From Caldilineaceae bacterium SB0662_bin_25 (GTDB lineage Bacteria > Chloroflexota > Anaerolineae > Caldilineales > Caldilineaceae), in NCBI GenBank assembly GCA_009840225.1, contig VXOE01000271.1:6606-70605 (forward strand): a stretch of DNA of 64,000 bases, written 5' to 3'. Under the pieces are notes generated by a model that made no database searches, was not told the DNA's origin, and saw only the letters and a program-made list of their open reading frames with translations. Positions 9,825-19,150 of the stretch are shown here, piece after piece (position 1 is the stretch's first letter; each line of letters starts with the position of its first letter). Both the position numbers and the translations under genes were made by a program.

Positions 9825-10088
9825 TCAGACCACTTCTTCCGGGTCAAACAGGCGGCGGTATTCGGCGATGGCGTAACGGTCGGTCATGCCGGCGATGTGA
9901 TCGCAGACGACGCGGTGGAGATCTCTGCCGGTCTCGGTAATGACTGCCAGCGTCTGCGGCGGCAGCAGCGCCGACTCGTCGATAAAGGAGGAGAAGAGGG
10001 AACGGACGATCAGATCGGCCTTGGCGGATGAACAATAGCCAGAATCATTGGCAAATGCCATAAAAGGTCGGCGCATAGCGCCCAACAC
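9825..10088 (-). pseudogene. C-terminal fragment of a dGTPase-family (HD) triphosphohydrolase
   Basis: Ends in VCDHIAGMTDRYAIAEYRRLF, the characteristic C-terminal motif of dGTP triphosphohydrolase-like proteins. Only 87 aa remain, whereas full-length members are several-fold longer. Confidence 0.55.
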
Positions 10089-10924
10089 ACCTCCAGACTC
10101 GCCAAGCGTCGGAATCAGGCATTTCGAACTGATCCGGCGCTTTTGTCTGTTTCACCCCAATTAGAGCAAGTTTTCCCGCACAGGAGGCCCGTAGAGCGCC
10201 TGAAATCGCTTGAGGGTACCTGAGATACCTTGCAATTCGTAGCGTACGGCCTGCCTTGTTGACAGGGACTAAACCCAGGTCTTAGCGGCCGTCATTGACG
10301 AGGGATATATGTCAACTCTGCGGACGCACCTCGAACAGCGTATCCCCCGCCCTGCAACCCTGCCCGGAAACCGATATGCTGCCGGCAGAGGTTGCACACC
10401 GGGATCCGTCGGAGCAGCTCTTCTGTCATGTGATACCAAATCAGCCACCTTTTGCTCAGAGGAAGAGGAAAGAACCCTACCCGGTCCATACCTGATCTCT
10501 GTCTGATCTGGTTTTCCTGTATCCCATTCTGTCCGTAACGGTGTGGTCACGGGCCGGAAGCGCCAGCGGGCGTGTCGGTATGACCCGCCGCATGGCAGCT
10601 ATCTGTGCGCCAACACATGAGATCATATCGACATATGAAGTGGGGCCTCAGGACCTCCCCATGCTCTCAACTAAACGAATCGAACGATGCGGACATACCA
10701 CAACCCTGTATATCATGCGCGGCATGGACCCGGAGCCATTCGACATGAACTGCCTCCACCCGAACTTCAACTCAAACCGGGGGCTGTTACGCTGCCGATG
10801 GTGGTTGCAAACCAGGGTCCGTCAGCACAGTTCTTCTGCCTTCCCGCCTTATCCTTTCAATCCATATACAGCTTAGTCCGGACGAAATCTTGCATTATGG
10901 TAACTATAACGTTACCATACCGAC

Positions 10925-11254
10925 ATGATCGAGATCAGAGAATACATAGACAACCGCGGCCGCAGTCCATTCGGTCGTTGGTTCGACGGTCTCGACGCCG
11001 GGGCAGCGGCCAGAGTGAGGACATCCCTCGCTCGCATGGAGGCTGGCAACCTGTCTAACGTCAGAGGCGTTGGCAGCGGGGTGTCAGAGTGCCGCATAAA
11101 CGTTGGTCCAGGCTACAGAGTCTATTTCGGCAGAGATGGGGACACATTGATAATCCTGCTCGGTGGTGGCACAAAAGCCCGCCAGCAGAGGGATATTGAA
11201 GGCGCTCGGGAACTCTGGCAGGAGTACAGGCGCCGCAAGCAGCAAGAGGAGTGA
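10925..11254 (+). CDS. Addiction-module killer protein (RelE/HigB-like toxin)
   Basis: 109 aa. The sequence IREYIDNRGRSPFGRWFDGLD...VRGVGSGVSECRINVGPGYRVYFGRDGDTLIILLGGGTKARQQRDI is typical of the addiction-module killer family. An antidote-type gene follows 4 nt downstream. Confidence 0.8.
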   Translation: MIEIREYIDNRGRSPFGRWFDGLDAGAAARVRTSLARMEAGNLSNVRGVGSGVSECRINVGPGYRVYFGRDGDTLIILLGGGTKARQQRDIEGARELWQEYRRRKQQEE

Positions 11255-11257
11255 AAG

Positions 11258-11575
11258 ATGCCGCTCACCCGTGACTTCAAGGAGACCGTGCAGGTCCGCG
11301 CCGCACGCGACCCGGCATTTCGAGAAGGGTTGCTGAAGGAAGGCGTCGAGTGCCTGCTTGCAGGAGACGTGGATACGGGCAAGATCGTGCTGCGTGATTA
11401 CATCAACGCCACCATCGGGTTCGAAGAACTGGGTTCCCTCACGAACAAGCCACCCAAGAGTCTGATGCGCATGTTCGGGCCGTCCGGCAATCCCCACGCC
11501 CGCAACCTGTTCGAGGTCATCAGCTGCATCCAGCAGCATGAGGGCGTGCAGCTCGAAGTGAAGGCTGTTCGTTAG
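11258..11575 (+). CDS. Addiction-module antidote / HTH antitoxin
   Basis: 105 aa directly after the toxin. The N-terminus RDFKETVQVRAARDPAFREGLLKEGVECLLAGDVDTGKIVLRDYINATIGF resembles the antidote partner family. Confidence 0.7.
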   Translation: MPLTRDFKETVQVRAARDPAFREGLLKEGVECLLAGDVDTGKIVLRDYINATIGFEELGSLTNKPPKSLMRMFGPSGNPHARNLFEVISCIQQHEGVQLEVKAVR

Positions 11576-11758
11576 TCGGCATGGCCCAGCTGAATTGAGG
11601 GTCCGGCAGAAGTGGGCGAGTTTGAGGGGCACGGCCGGAGGCTGGAGGCTCGTTGACAACAGGCCACGAATGCCCGAGTTTCAGGTCGGGTCTGGTTGCG
11701 CTGTCCCTATTGGCAATCAGGCCGCTTTCTACGGCCCAATGCTAACATATTACCCGGA

Positions 11759-13460
11759 GGCTGTCTCAGAAGTCGGACTGAGAGCGTGCGACAATTTCGT
11801 CTGAGGGTAAGGCGGGTTTAGGATGAGGCGAACCTAAGATGTAGGAGGAGCGCAGATGCCTTTTCGGGAGATGAGTAGAGAGCAGATGTGGATGCTGCCA
11901 CCGACGCTTGACGAGCTGTTGCCGCCGGATCATCGAGCAAGGTTTGTGGCCGAGTTCGTCGATGCCCTGGACAGGGAAGGCTGGGCCGAGCTTGGTGTGG
12001 AGATGGGAGGGGAGCCTCTAGGTGCGCCTGCCTACCATCCCAGAGCGCTCCTGTGCGTGTGGCTTTACGGATTCATGACGGGCGTGCGTTCATGCCGCAA
12101 GCTGGAGACGGCCTGTCGTGACCAGATACCGTACCTGTGGTTGACCGGATGGCAGTACCCCGACCACAACACGCTGTGGCGGTTCTATAGGAAGCACCGT
12201 TCAGATATGAGGAAGCTGTTCGAGCGCACGGTGCGCACGGCGGTGACGATGGGATTGTTGGACCTGGCCGTGCAGGCGGTCGATGGTACAAAGATGGTCG
12301 CCAACGCCTCCAAGGACAGGGTCTATGACGCCGAAGAGTTGCGTGCCTTGCTGAGTCGGTTGGACAAGACTATATCCGAGCTTGAGGCCCAGAACGAAGC
12401 GGGAGAAGATGAGCCTGCCGTCAATCTGCCAGAAGAGTTGGCCGACAAGAAAGTCCTCAAAGAGCAGGTCAGGCAGGCGATGGACGACCTTGCGGGTCGC
12501 GGCCGCCAGAAGTGCATCAACCTGACTGATAGAGACGCCCGATTGATGAAGAGCAGCCAGGGTATCGTGACTGGCTACAACGCTCAGGCCATGGTGTCGC
12601 CGTTGGAACCGAGTGTCGGTGCGAACGGGATGTTAGTCACGGCGGCTGATGTGGTGGATGAACCGAATGACTCTGCCCAGCTGGTCCCGATGCTGGAGCA
12701 GTCCGAGGAGACTACCGGGGCAAGGGCCCAGGTGACGTTGGCGGACGCCGGCTATCACTCCGGGTCTGCGCTGGACGAATGCGCCCGCAGGGACCGCAAG
12801 CTCGTGATGCCTGAGTCGTCGCGGCGACGTGCCCAGCATCACCCCTATCACAAGGACCGCTTCATCTACGACCAGTGCAACGACAGCTACCTCTGCCCAC
12901 ACGGTCAGACGCTGACTCCCGTCGGCAGCATACGCAGTCCCAACGGGACACCGAGGCGCGTGTACCGGGCCTCCGCTGCCACTTGCCAGGCCTGTCCAGC
13001 CTTCGGGGTATGCACCAACGACCTGTTGAATGGACGAGCGCTGACGATAGGACCTCACGACGCAGTGTTGCGCCGCCATCGCACCTGGATGTCCACCCGC
13101 GAGGCACAGGAGATATCCAAACGCAGGAAGCAGTTAATCGAACCGGTCTTCGGTATCATCAAGGAGCAACAGGGGGCGCGTCGATTCTTGCTGCGCGGCC
13201 TCGTCAATGTAGCAGCCGAGTGGATCCTGTTGGCGACCGCGTTCAACCTGAGGACCCTTTGGCGCATATGGCGCTCAGGCGCTGTTGGCTTCCTGCCCTG
13301 CAGCCCGGCATCTCAACCCATTCCCTGAGTGTAGCGCCTGGCAGCGTCAATACTGCCTCTTCAACAGTTGGCATGGCTCAGCTTATGCAACCAGCCCTCT
13401 TCGGAAGCTGGCGTGCCGGAACTTACCAACGCCTACCCAACTTGCTCTTCTGAGACAGCC
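11759..13460 (+). mobile_element. IS1182-family insertion sequence
   Basis: Perfect 14-bp terminal inverted repeats: ggctgtctcagaag at 11759-11772 and cttctgagacagcc at 13447-13460. Flanked by an 8-bp direct repeat tacccgga (11751-11758 and 13461-13468). Contains one transposase ORF. Confidence 0.8.
11856..13328 (+). CDS. IS1182/IS5-type DDE transposase
   Basis: N-terminal block YHPRALLCVWLYGFMTGVRSCRKLETACRDQIPYLWLTG and C-terminal RRKQLIEPVFGIIKEQQGARRFLLRGLVNVAAEWILLATAFNLR are typical of this transposase type. Confidence 0.85.
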   Translation: MPFREMSREQMWMLPPTLDELLPPDHRARFVAEFVDALDREGWAELGVEMGGEPLGAPAYHPRALLCVWLYGFMTGVRSCRKLETACRDQIPYLWLTGWQYPDHNTLWRFYRKHRSDMRKLFERTVRTAVTMGLLDLAVQAVDGTKMVANASKDRVYDAEELRALLSRLDKTISELEAQNEAGEDEPAVNLPEELADKKVLKEQVRQAMDDLAGRGRQKCINLTDRDARLMKSSQGIVTGYNAQAMVSPLEPSVGANGMLVTAADVVDEPNDSAQLVPMLEQSEETTGARAQVTLADAGYHSGSALDECARRDRKLVMPESSRRRAQHHPYHKDRFIYDQCNDSYLCPHGQTLTPVGSIRSPNGTPRRVYRASAATCQACPAFGVCTNDLLNGRALTIGPHDAVLRRHRTWMSTREAQEISKRRKQLIEPVFGIIKEQQGARRFLLRGLVNVAAEWILLATAFNLRTLWRIWRSGAVGFLPCSPASQPIP

Positions 13461-13546
13461 TACCCGGACCAGTTTTTGGGAGGCAGGTCAGGGAACCGTT
13501 TGCATCCAGAACTTATCGCAGACCTGAGAATTCAAGGCATTATCGA

Positions 13547-14602
13547 ATGGGAGAAGAAGAAATGAAGATCCCCAAAAAACTCAGATGGGTCTCAACAGGA
13601 GAGACATTAGGGGAAGGGGGGCAAGGACAAGTCTATCTTGTTACGAACAAGCACGAATCCTCCGGCAAAAAATACGCAATGAAGAGGCTGAAAAACGTTG
13701 ATTCTGAGAAAGCCAGGTCAAGATTCAGCCGGGAGGTTGAGGCAATAAAGGAGATCGAACATCGTGCCATTGTTCGCATAATTGACCATTCCCACACGGA
13801 TGATGATTTCCAGTTCTATGTGATGGAGTACTTTGAAGGCACACGAACTCTCAGCCAGATTATCTTTGCCCAGGCTAACCCTTATCATGGAGATGTCCAT
13901 CTGTGCCTTGAACTGTTTGAGGAGATCGTTTCGGCACTCTGGGCATGTGAACATTCTTCAATTCCCCTTGTGCATCGGGACATCAGCCCTAACAACATCC
14001 TTGTTCTAACCGACGGCAGTATCCGATTGATCGATTTTGGGATTTGTCAGATTGAAAACGGAAAGACTGTCACTCTCACCGGCGAGAGTTTTGGCACTCG
14101 CAAATATGCTGCGCCAGAGTGTGAATCTGGGAGCAATTCTACTATCAGCATTCGTTCCGATATCTATTCAGCCGCTAAAGTTCTCTGGTCAGCAATCACC
14201 TCAAGAGATGCGTTCGCACGCGAAGAACCTGTATTCCGAAATCTTTCGATGAAAAAGATGTTTCCCGCTAATCCAGAAACGTGGCCCTTGGCCCTCATAT
14301 TCGAAAAAACTATCCGCAAGAAACCCGAAGACAGGTTTTCAGGAACCGATGAGGCTCTCGACTTGGTGCAGGAACTAAGCGCTTTCTTCCAACGGGGACA
14401 CTCTTCTATTGAGGACATAATCCATCGTTGCCCTGCATGTGGGTGGAAGAACCATAGAGAAATCTCAGAAAGCGAAAGAAGGCTCCGACCTAACCACCTA
14501 CGTTACACCGACCATTTCATCTGTAACCTGTGCGGACTAGAGTACAACCGGAACCTCACAAGCGTTCAAGAACAAGACGAGCGGCGAGAACACTTTGGCT
14601 GA
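13547..14602 (+). CDS. Ser/Thr protein kinase with C-terminal Zn-ribbon
   Basis: LGEGGQGQV (Gly loop), YAMKRL (VAIK Lys), HRDISPNNIL, DFGI, YAAPE. C-terminal CPACGW...CNLCG four-Cys motif. Alternative start at 13562. Visibly more AT-rich than its flanks. Confidence 0.85.
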   Translation: MGEEEMKIPKKLRWVSTGETLGEGGQGQVYLVTNKHESSGKKYAMKRLKNVDSEKARSRFSREVEAIKEIEHRAIVRIIDHSHTDDDFQFYVMEYFEGTRTLSQIIFAQANPYHGDVHLCLELFEEIVSALWACEHSSIPLVHRDISPNNILVLTDGSIRLIDFGICQIENGKTVTLTGESFGTRKYAAPECESGSNSTISIRSDIYSAAKVLWSAITSRDAFAREEPVFRNLSMKKMFPANPETWPLALIFEKTIRKKPEDRFSGTDEALDLVQELSAFFQRGHSSIEDIIHRCPACGWKNHREISESERRLRPNHLRYTDHFICNLCGLEYNRNLTSVQEQDERREHFG

Positions 14603-14764
14603 GCAACCCGTCTCGAATCAAACGCCCAACCGCGTTTTGAGCGTCTGGCCAGGCGCACAGTCGAAGAGGCCTGGCTGGCGGGTGATGCGCTGCTCCGGAT
14701 CAAAGAGCAGCTGCCGCATGGGGCATGGATACCGGCGCTGAAAGAACGCGATATAGCTCCCGGG

Positions 14765-15358
14765 TTGCCTCCGATGACGGTTTTGGAGAACCTGCATTTG
14801 GTCAAAGATACGGGTATGACGCATGCGGGAGCCTGGCTGCTGGCCGACGACATCACACGCTTCACCCTCCAAGCCGGCGTGACTTGCGCCGTCTTCCGGG
14901 GCAGCACCAAAGCGCACATCCTCGATCGCAAGGCGTTTCACGGAAATCTCTACGCCATTTACCAGGAGGTCATGACCTACTTTCAGGCCAAACTGAACTC
15001 AGCCCTCATTCCCCACGCGCAAGGAAGATACGAGCGGCTGGAGCTGCCCGAGAGCGCATTGAGAGAGGCCGTGGTCAACGCCATCGCTCACCGTGACTAT
15101 CGCAGCACCGCCAACGTGCAGGTTTACATCTTCTAGGACCGGGTGGAGATCGTGACGCCTGGCGGACTTCCCGCCGGAATGCGAGAGGAGGACTTGGGCA
15201 GCAGGAGCGTCCCTCGGAACCCGTTGCTCTTCAATCTGCTCTACCGTATGAAGTTGGTCGAGCAGATCGGCAGCGGCGTCCGCCGAATTCACGACGCCTG
15301 TCTGGAGCACGGCGTTGCGGAGCCGGTCATTCAGGTCGGGTCTCCACAGATTGGGTGA
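14765..15358 (+). pseudogene. C-terminal part of a RecG-like/AlbA_2-HATPase_c_4 putative DNA-binding protein, with an in-frame TAG
   Basis: ALREAVVNAIAHRDYRSTANVQVYIF-TAG-DRVEIVTPGGLPAGM...SRSVPRNPLLFNLLYRMKLVEQIGSGVRRI. Stop at 15134-15136 in the same frame. The N-terminal AlbA_2 domain is missing and replaced by a DUF3102-like fragment (14641-14712). Confidence 0.6.
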
Positions 15359-15611
15359 CAGTGACCTTCCCGCGTCGCGAAGTGGCCGTTGCCCCACATG
15401 TAACCCCGCATGAAGCCCCACATGTGCCCCTCATCTGGCAGCAGCGGGTACTGCCCTGCTCGCCCAAAACATCCAAGAGAAAGACATCCAAACCAGTACT
15501 TACAGCATCTACGCCGAGCGCTATGGGCCGGAGGGCCGGCGGCGGGCTGCCCAGGCGCAAGCGCGGCCGGCGTTTCAAAATGCTATAGTGCAGGGGGAGC
15601 CATTGGATAAG

Positions 15612-15641
15612 AAAAGAGGCGCCGGATCCGGTGCCTCTTTT
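15612..15641. terminator. Bidirectional terminator-like palindrome
   Basis: aaaagaggcgccgga/tccggtgcctctttt, a 13-bp arm palindrome with one mismatch, flanked by an A-run and a T-run, between convergent genes. Confidence 0.5.
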
Positions 15642-15663
15642 GACAGGTTGTTTTGAAACTGAC

Positions 15664-16047
15664 CTATGCAGGTTTCTGTCTGACTACTTCTCCCAACCAG
15701 GTGCATAGATTCGAGAAATGAAAGGAATTTGTATTGAACATACCCATGATTTTTTCGTAGGCAGCGATACTGTCGCAATCAATGTAATAGCCATTAGATC
15801 TTAAGAAACCGTCGCAAACACCAAATGCAGTTCTCTTATTGCCATCGATGAATGGATGATTACCCCCCAGACTCTCCATTAGAGCTGCGGCTTCTTCTAT
15901 TATGCTGTTGTAGTACCCGGATTGAGGACGGAAGATTGCTGACTCTAACGCCCCCCTGTCACGGAGGCCGAAGCTGCCTCCGTATTCCGCTATGAGGAAA
16001 TCATGAGTTGCTATGGCATCCTCGACGGTTGGATATACACGACTCAC
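15664..16047 (-). CDS. doc: Fic/Doc family toxin (death-on-curing)
   Basis: 127 aa with the Fic/Doc motif HPFIDGNKRTAF and N-terminal DAIATHDFLIAEYGG. A 4-nt overlap joins it to a small upstream ORF. Confidence 0.85.
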   Translation of the reverse strand: MSRVYPTVEDAIATHDFLIAEYGGSFGLRDRGALESAIFRPQSGYYNSIIEEAAALMESLGGNHPFIDGNKRTAFGVCDGFLRSNGYYIDCDSIAAYEKIMGMFNTNSFHFSNLCTWLGEVVRQKPA

Positions 16048-16253
16048 TCAGCAAGCAGCTTATAGAGTTGGTGGTTTTGCTTGACACTTTCTCGGACATG
16101 GCGCATGAACGCACTGTCGTGATCGCGAGATGTTTCAGACTGCCCATCCGGGTCTTTCTGAACGTCCCTGGAAAGTGCGGCAGGCCCAGTGCTATTTTGC
16201 CTGACATGCGAATCTGTATGATTTTGCTTTTTCGACGATGGGGAAAGGGTCAT
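16044..16253 (-). CDS. Putative antitoxin partner of Doc
   Basis: Small ORF overlapping the doc start. AAGGAG lies ~9 nt upstream of the ATG at 16253. No family assigned; the call rests on position. Confidence 0.45.
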   Translation of the reverse strand: MTLSPSSKKQNHTDSHVRQNSTGPAALSRDVQKDPDGQSETSRDHDSAFMRHVRESVKQNHQLYKLLAE

Positions 16254-16637
16254 TGTCACTATCTCCTTTCTGAACCTGGCTTTCTTCATTTTGACCCTGC
16301 ATCGAATTGCACACGTACAAAATACTTTGTGCGGGCATGCTTGTCAAGGGTCGCAACATCAAACTCATTATGGGCGAGCAGATAATCGCGCTTTGGCAGG
16401 AAGCAGAGGAGCACCTGCGGACCTTCGGGGAGTTGACCAGACGCACAGTTGAGGCGGCATGGCTGGCAGGAGACGCGCTGCTCCGGATCAAAGAGCAGTT
16501 GCCACGTTGTGGTCGTCGCGTCTTGGTGCTGGAACTTGCGGGATGGTAAGCTGAGTAAGCGAGCGATAATCAACCTTATCACTCATTTGGATAAAGCCCA
16601 TTTTTGGCCCTCTTTCCCACTAATTTCGGAGGACACC

Positions 16638-17615
16638 ATGCAAGCAGCTGTCGATGATTCCGTAAGCGCGCTGGTGTCCCTGCAGCACGCGCCGGCTGGA
16701 GTGCTTATTGATGTCGAAGGCGACAGCGCGTCACAGGACCGCGTGCAGGCGGCCTTCGAGGCGATGGCGCCCAACACGCGCCGCGCCTACGGCAGCGCGC
16801 TCAGAACCTGGGGGCAATGGGCCGCGGCGCAGCAGGTCTCCGGACTGTGCCCCGCGCCGCCGGAGCTGCGCCGCTATCTCCTGGAAAGGGCGTCGGAAGG
16901 CGCCGGCGTCTCATCGCTGACCGTATTCGTTTCGGCCCTGCGCAAGCTGCAGGCCTTGGCGGTTGTGGAGCAGACCGCGCGCGACCAGCTGGTGGTGGAC
17001 ACCATGAGCGGCCTGGCGCGCCAGGCTGCAGCGCCGCGGCAGGTGAGCGCGCTCACGGTGGGCGCGCTGGCCGCCATTTATGAGACCGCCTGTTTCCCCC
17101 GCGTCGGCCGCGGCGGCGTTCTCGAGGGACCCGAAACTGCGCTGCGCCGGGGGCTGGTCGACATCGCGCTGTGCTGGGTGATGTCGGACGCAGGCCTGCG
17201 GCGCTCGGAGGCCGCGGCGCTTACCTGGGATGACATCGCACGCTGGGACAACGGCTCCGGCCGTCTCACGGTGCGGCGCTCGAAGACCGACGCCGGCCCG
17301 CGCACGGTCTATCTGACACCGATTGCGATGGCGCATCTGGAGGCGATACGGCCGGAGGATGCGGACGGGTCTGAGCCGGTCTTCGGCCTGTCGGTGGCCT
17401 CGATCTCGCGTCGCGTCAAGGCCGCGGCCAGGGCGGCCGGCCTGGGGGCCGGTTTTTCCGGGCATTCCGGGCGCGTCGGCATGGCGCGGCGCATGGCCAG
17501 GGCCGGCGCGCCCACGCATGAGATCATGGCGCAGGGCCGCTGGCGCAGCGCCGGCATGGTCGCCGACTACACACGTGCTGAAAACGCCGAGCGCGCCGCG
17601 AAGTGGTTAGGGTAA
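16638..17615 (+). CDS. Tyrosine recombinase / phage-type integrase (intact)
   Basis: GGAGGA RBS before the ATG at 16638. C-terminal catalytic region GLRRSEAAALTWDDI...HSGRVGMARRMARAGAPTHEIMAQGRWRSAGMVADYTR contains the R...HxxR...Y pattern. Confidence 0.85.
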   Translation: MQAAVDDSVSALVSLQHAPAGVLIDVEGDSASQDRVQAAFEAMAPNTRRAYGSALRTWGQWAAAQQVSGLCPAPPELRRYLLERASEGAGVSSLTVFVSALRKLQALAVVEQTARDQLVVDTMSGLARQAAAPRQVSALTVGALAAIYETACFPRVGRGGVLEGPETALRRGLVDIALCWVMSDAGLRRSEAAALTWDDIARWDNGSGRLTVRRSKTDAGPRTVYLTPIAMAHLEAIRPEDADGSEPVFGLSVASISRRVKAAARAAGLGAGFSGHSGRVGMARRMARAGAPTHEIMAQGRWRSAGMVADYTRAENAERAAKWLG

Positions 17616-17674
17616 GGGAATCCAAAAGAGTGGGAATTACCAACTTAACTTCACAGAATCGGGCCGGGGGATTC

Positions 17675-18118
17675 TTAATTTTCCCCTTTCAGTGCAGCAG
17701 CCACGCATATTGCGATCGCAACGTATATCGCGACATACAGTATGCCTAGCCAACCATTGGCTGATTCGTCGGGCAAGCTCAGGAGTTCAGGCATAAAGTA
17801 GTCTATGACAAGTGTCAAGACAACTATAGCGATTAAAGAGTAGATGGTAAGTCGTTTTATGATGCGTGTTTGGAAAGGCCAGATCGACTTCTTTCTACTG
17901 GAAACACTTGGGTCCAGGGCTTTTGTATAGTTCACTCTCCATCCCAAGCTGTTTCTCAATTGTGGGTCGGGTTCTCTGCAGTGGGGGCAATTTCGCAGCC
18001 TGATCGGAATCTTTTTCCCGCACGCTTTACAGTTGGAAAACCTGTCAGTACCGATTAGTAAACCGTCGCTGCCTTCCATCCTGGCCTCTCTTTCTGTCAG
18101 ACTGACCTTTGGAGGCAC
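17675..18118 (-). CDS. Zn-ribbon membrane protein (hypothetical)
   Basis: CKACGKK...CPHC motif followed by two hydrophobic segments. AT-richer than its flanks. Confidence 0.45.
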   Translation of the reverse strand: MPPKVSLTEREARMEGSDGLLIGTDRFSNCKACGKKIPIRLRNCPHCREPDPQLRNSLGWRVNYTKALDPSVSSRKKSIWPFQTRIIKRLTIYSLIAIVVLTLVIDYFMPELLSLPDESANGWLGILYVAIYVAIAICVAAALKGEN

Positions 18119-18402
18119 GCCCAGACGCGCCCGCGATTACGCATAGGCCCACTGGCTCAGGCTCCACGCACATTACGGTACAAAATCCGTATATTCCAGG
18201 GATAATCGTGAACCAATTATTGACATTTTCGCTGTGAACTCAAGTCAGTAGTTCCCAAAAACATTGAAGCGAAACTCGAAGCGGCCTATGCCGGCTCGAG
18301 CGATTCTCACACATAGGCAACAGCCGGTGGCATAACGCTGACCGCTCACGACAGGGGCCGGCACTGGCTGTTGTCCCGAAGCGAGAGAAAGGAGAAAACT
18401 GA

Positions 18403-18708
18403 ATGGGTATCTTCAAGAGAGGCCGGCCCAGCCGCCAGGAGCCGCCCGATAAGCCTGGGATCTATTTCTTTCGTAACAAACGTACCAAGAAAGTGGACTA
18501 CGTTGGCGAAACCAAGAATCTCAAGCGTCGGAAGAAACAGTATCTTGCTTCCCAAAAACTCGACCTGGAAGTTCACTGGTTTGAATTCAAAAAGGCGGAC
18601 GGCAGGAGTACCTCACGAACACGCCGACAGCACGAGAGAGCTAAGATCGAGCGTCACAAGCCCCATCTGAATCAGCGGCGTGGCGGCGGGGGACGAATGG
18701 CCCGATAA
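18403..18708 (+). CDS. GIY-YIG domain protein
   Basis: PGIYFFRNKRTKKVDYVGETKNLKRRKKQY carries the GIY and YVG motifs, then HERAKIERHKPHLN. Confidence 0.7.
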   Translation: MGIFKRGRPSRQEPPDKPGIYFFRNKRTKKVDYVGETKNLKRRKKQYLASQKLDLEVHWFEFKKADGRSTSRTRRQHERAKIERHKPHLNQRRGGGGRMAR

Positions 18709-18733
18709 TCCTTTTGTCATGGAACTATTCGAT

Positions 18734-19015
18734 CTCAGCCCTCCGCATCAACTCCGCAATTCCAGGCCGCCTCGTCAACGGTCTCGAACTCCTCGAACGC
18801 AGCTTTCATCCCGCCCGCATCAGCCTGGGTCCGGCTCCCTATCAGCTGGTCAAATGAATTGCCCAAGGTATCCGCCCGGCCTGAACCTTCTGCCAGACCG
18901 GATCCTTTACGCAGCAGCCTGCGCGCGGCCTGGCTCAGAGAGAGCCCCTCCCGATTTGTCAGGCGGCGCAGGCTGGCGCTCAGTTCGTCGTCAAATCGAC
19001 CGTGATCTGGTTCAA
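18734..19015 (-). CDS. Possible small RHH/antitoxin-like protein (not in the ORF track; TTG start)
   Basis: AGGAGG lies 8 nt upstream of the TTG at 19015. Open frame of 93 codons reading LEPDHGRFDDELSASLRRLTNREGLSLSQAARRLLRKG.... Confidence 0.3.
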
Positions 19016-19150
19016 GGGTGTCACCTCCTCTGATGCAAAGTTAAGTCTTTGCGCATCATTCTATGCTGCACCCTCAACTCGTCAAGCATGACACACGCCG
19101 GCTCCACCAGGTGACGGTCCTGGTGGCTGGCCACCAAAGGGGGCACTGTG

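Noticed and set aside
10269-10900. Cluster of 65-123-aa ORFs between the integrase fragments and the HigB-like toxin
   Set aside because: Apart from the short integrase-like stretch (SGRVGMTRRMAAICAPTHEII), the translations show no family resemblance and overlap one another. Treated as decayed DNA.
11084-11659. 191-aa minus-strand ORF
   Set aside because: Antisense to the well-supported toxin/antidote pair, with no motifs.
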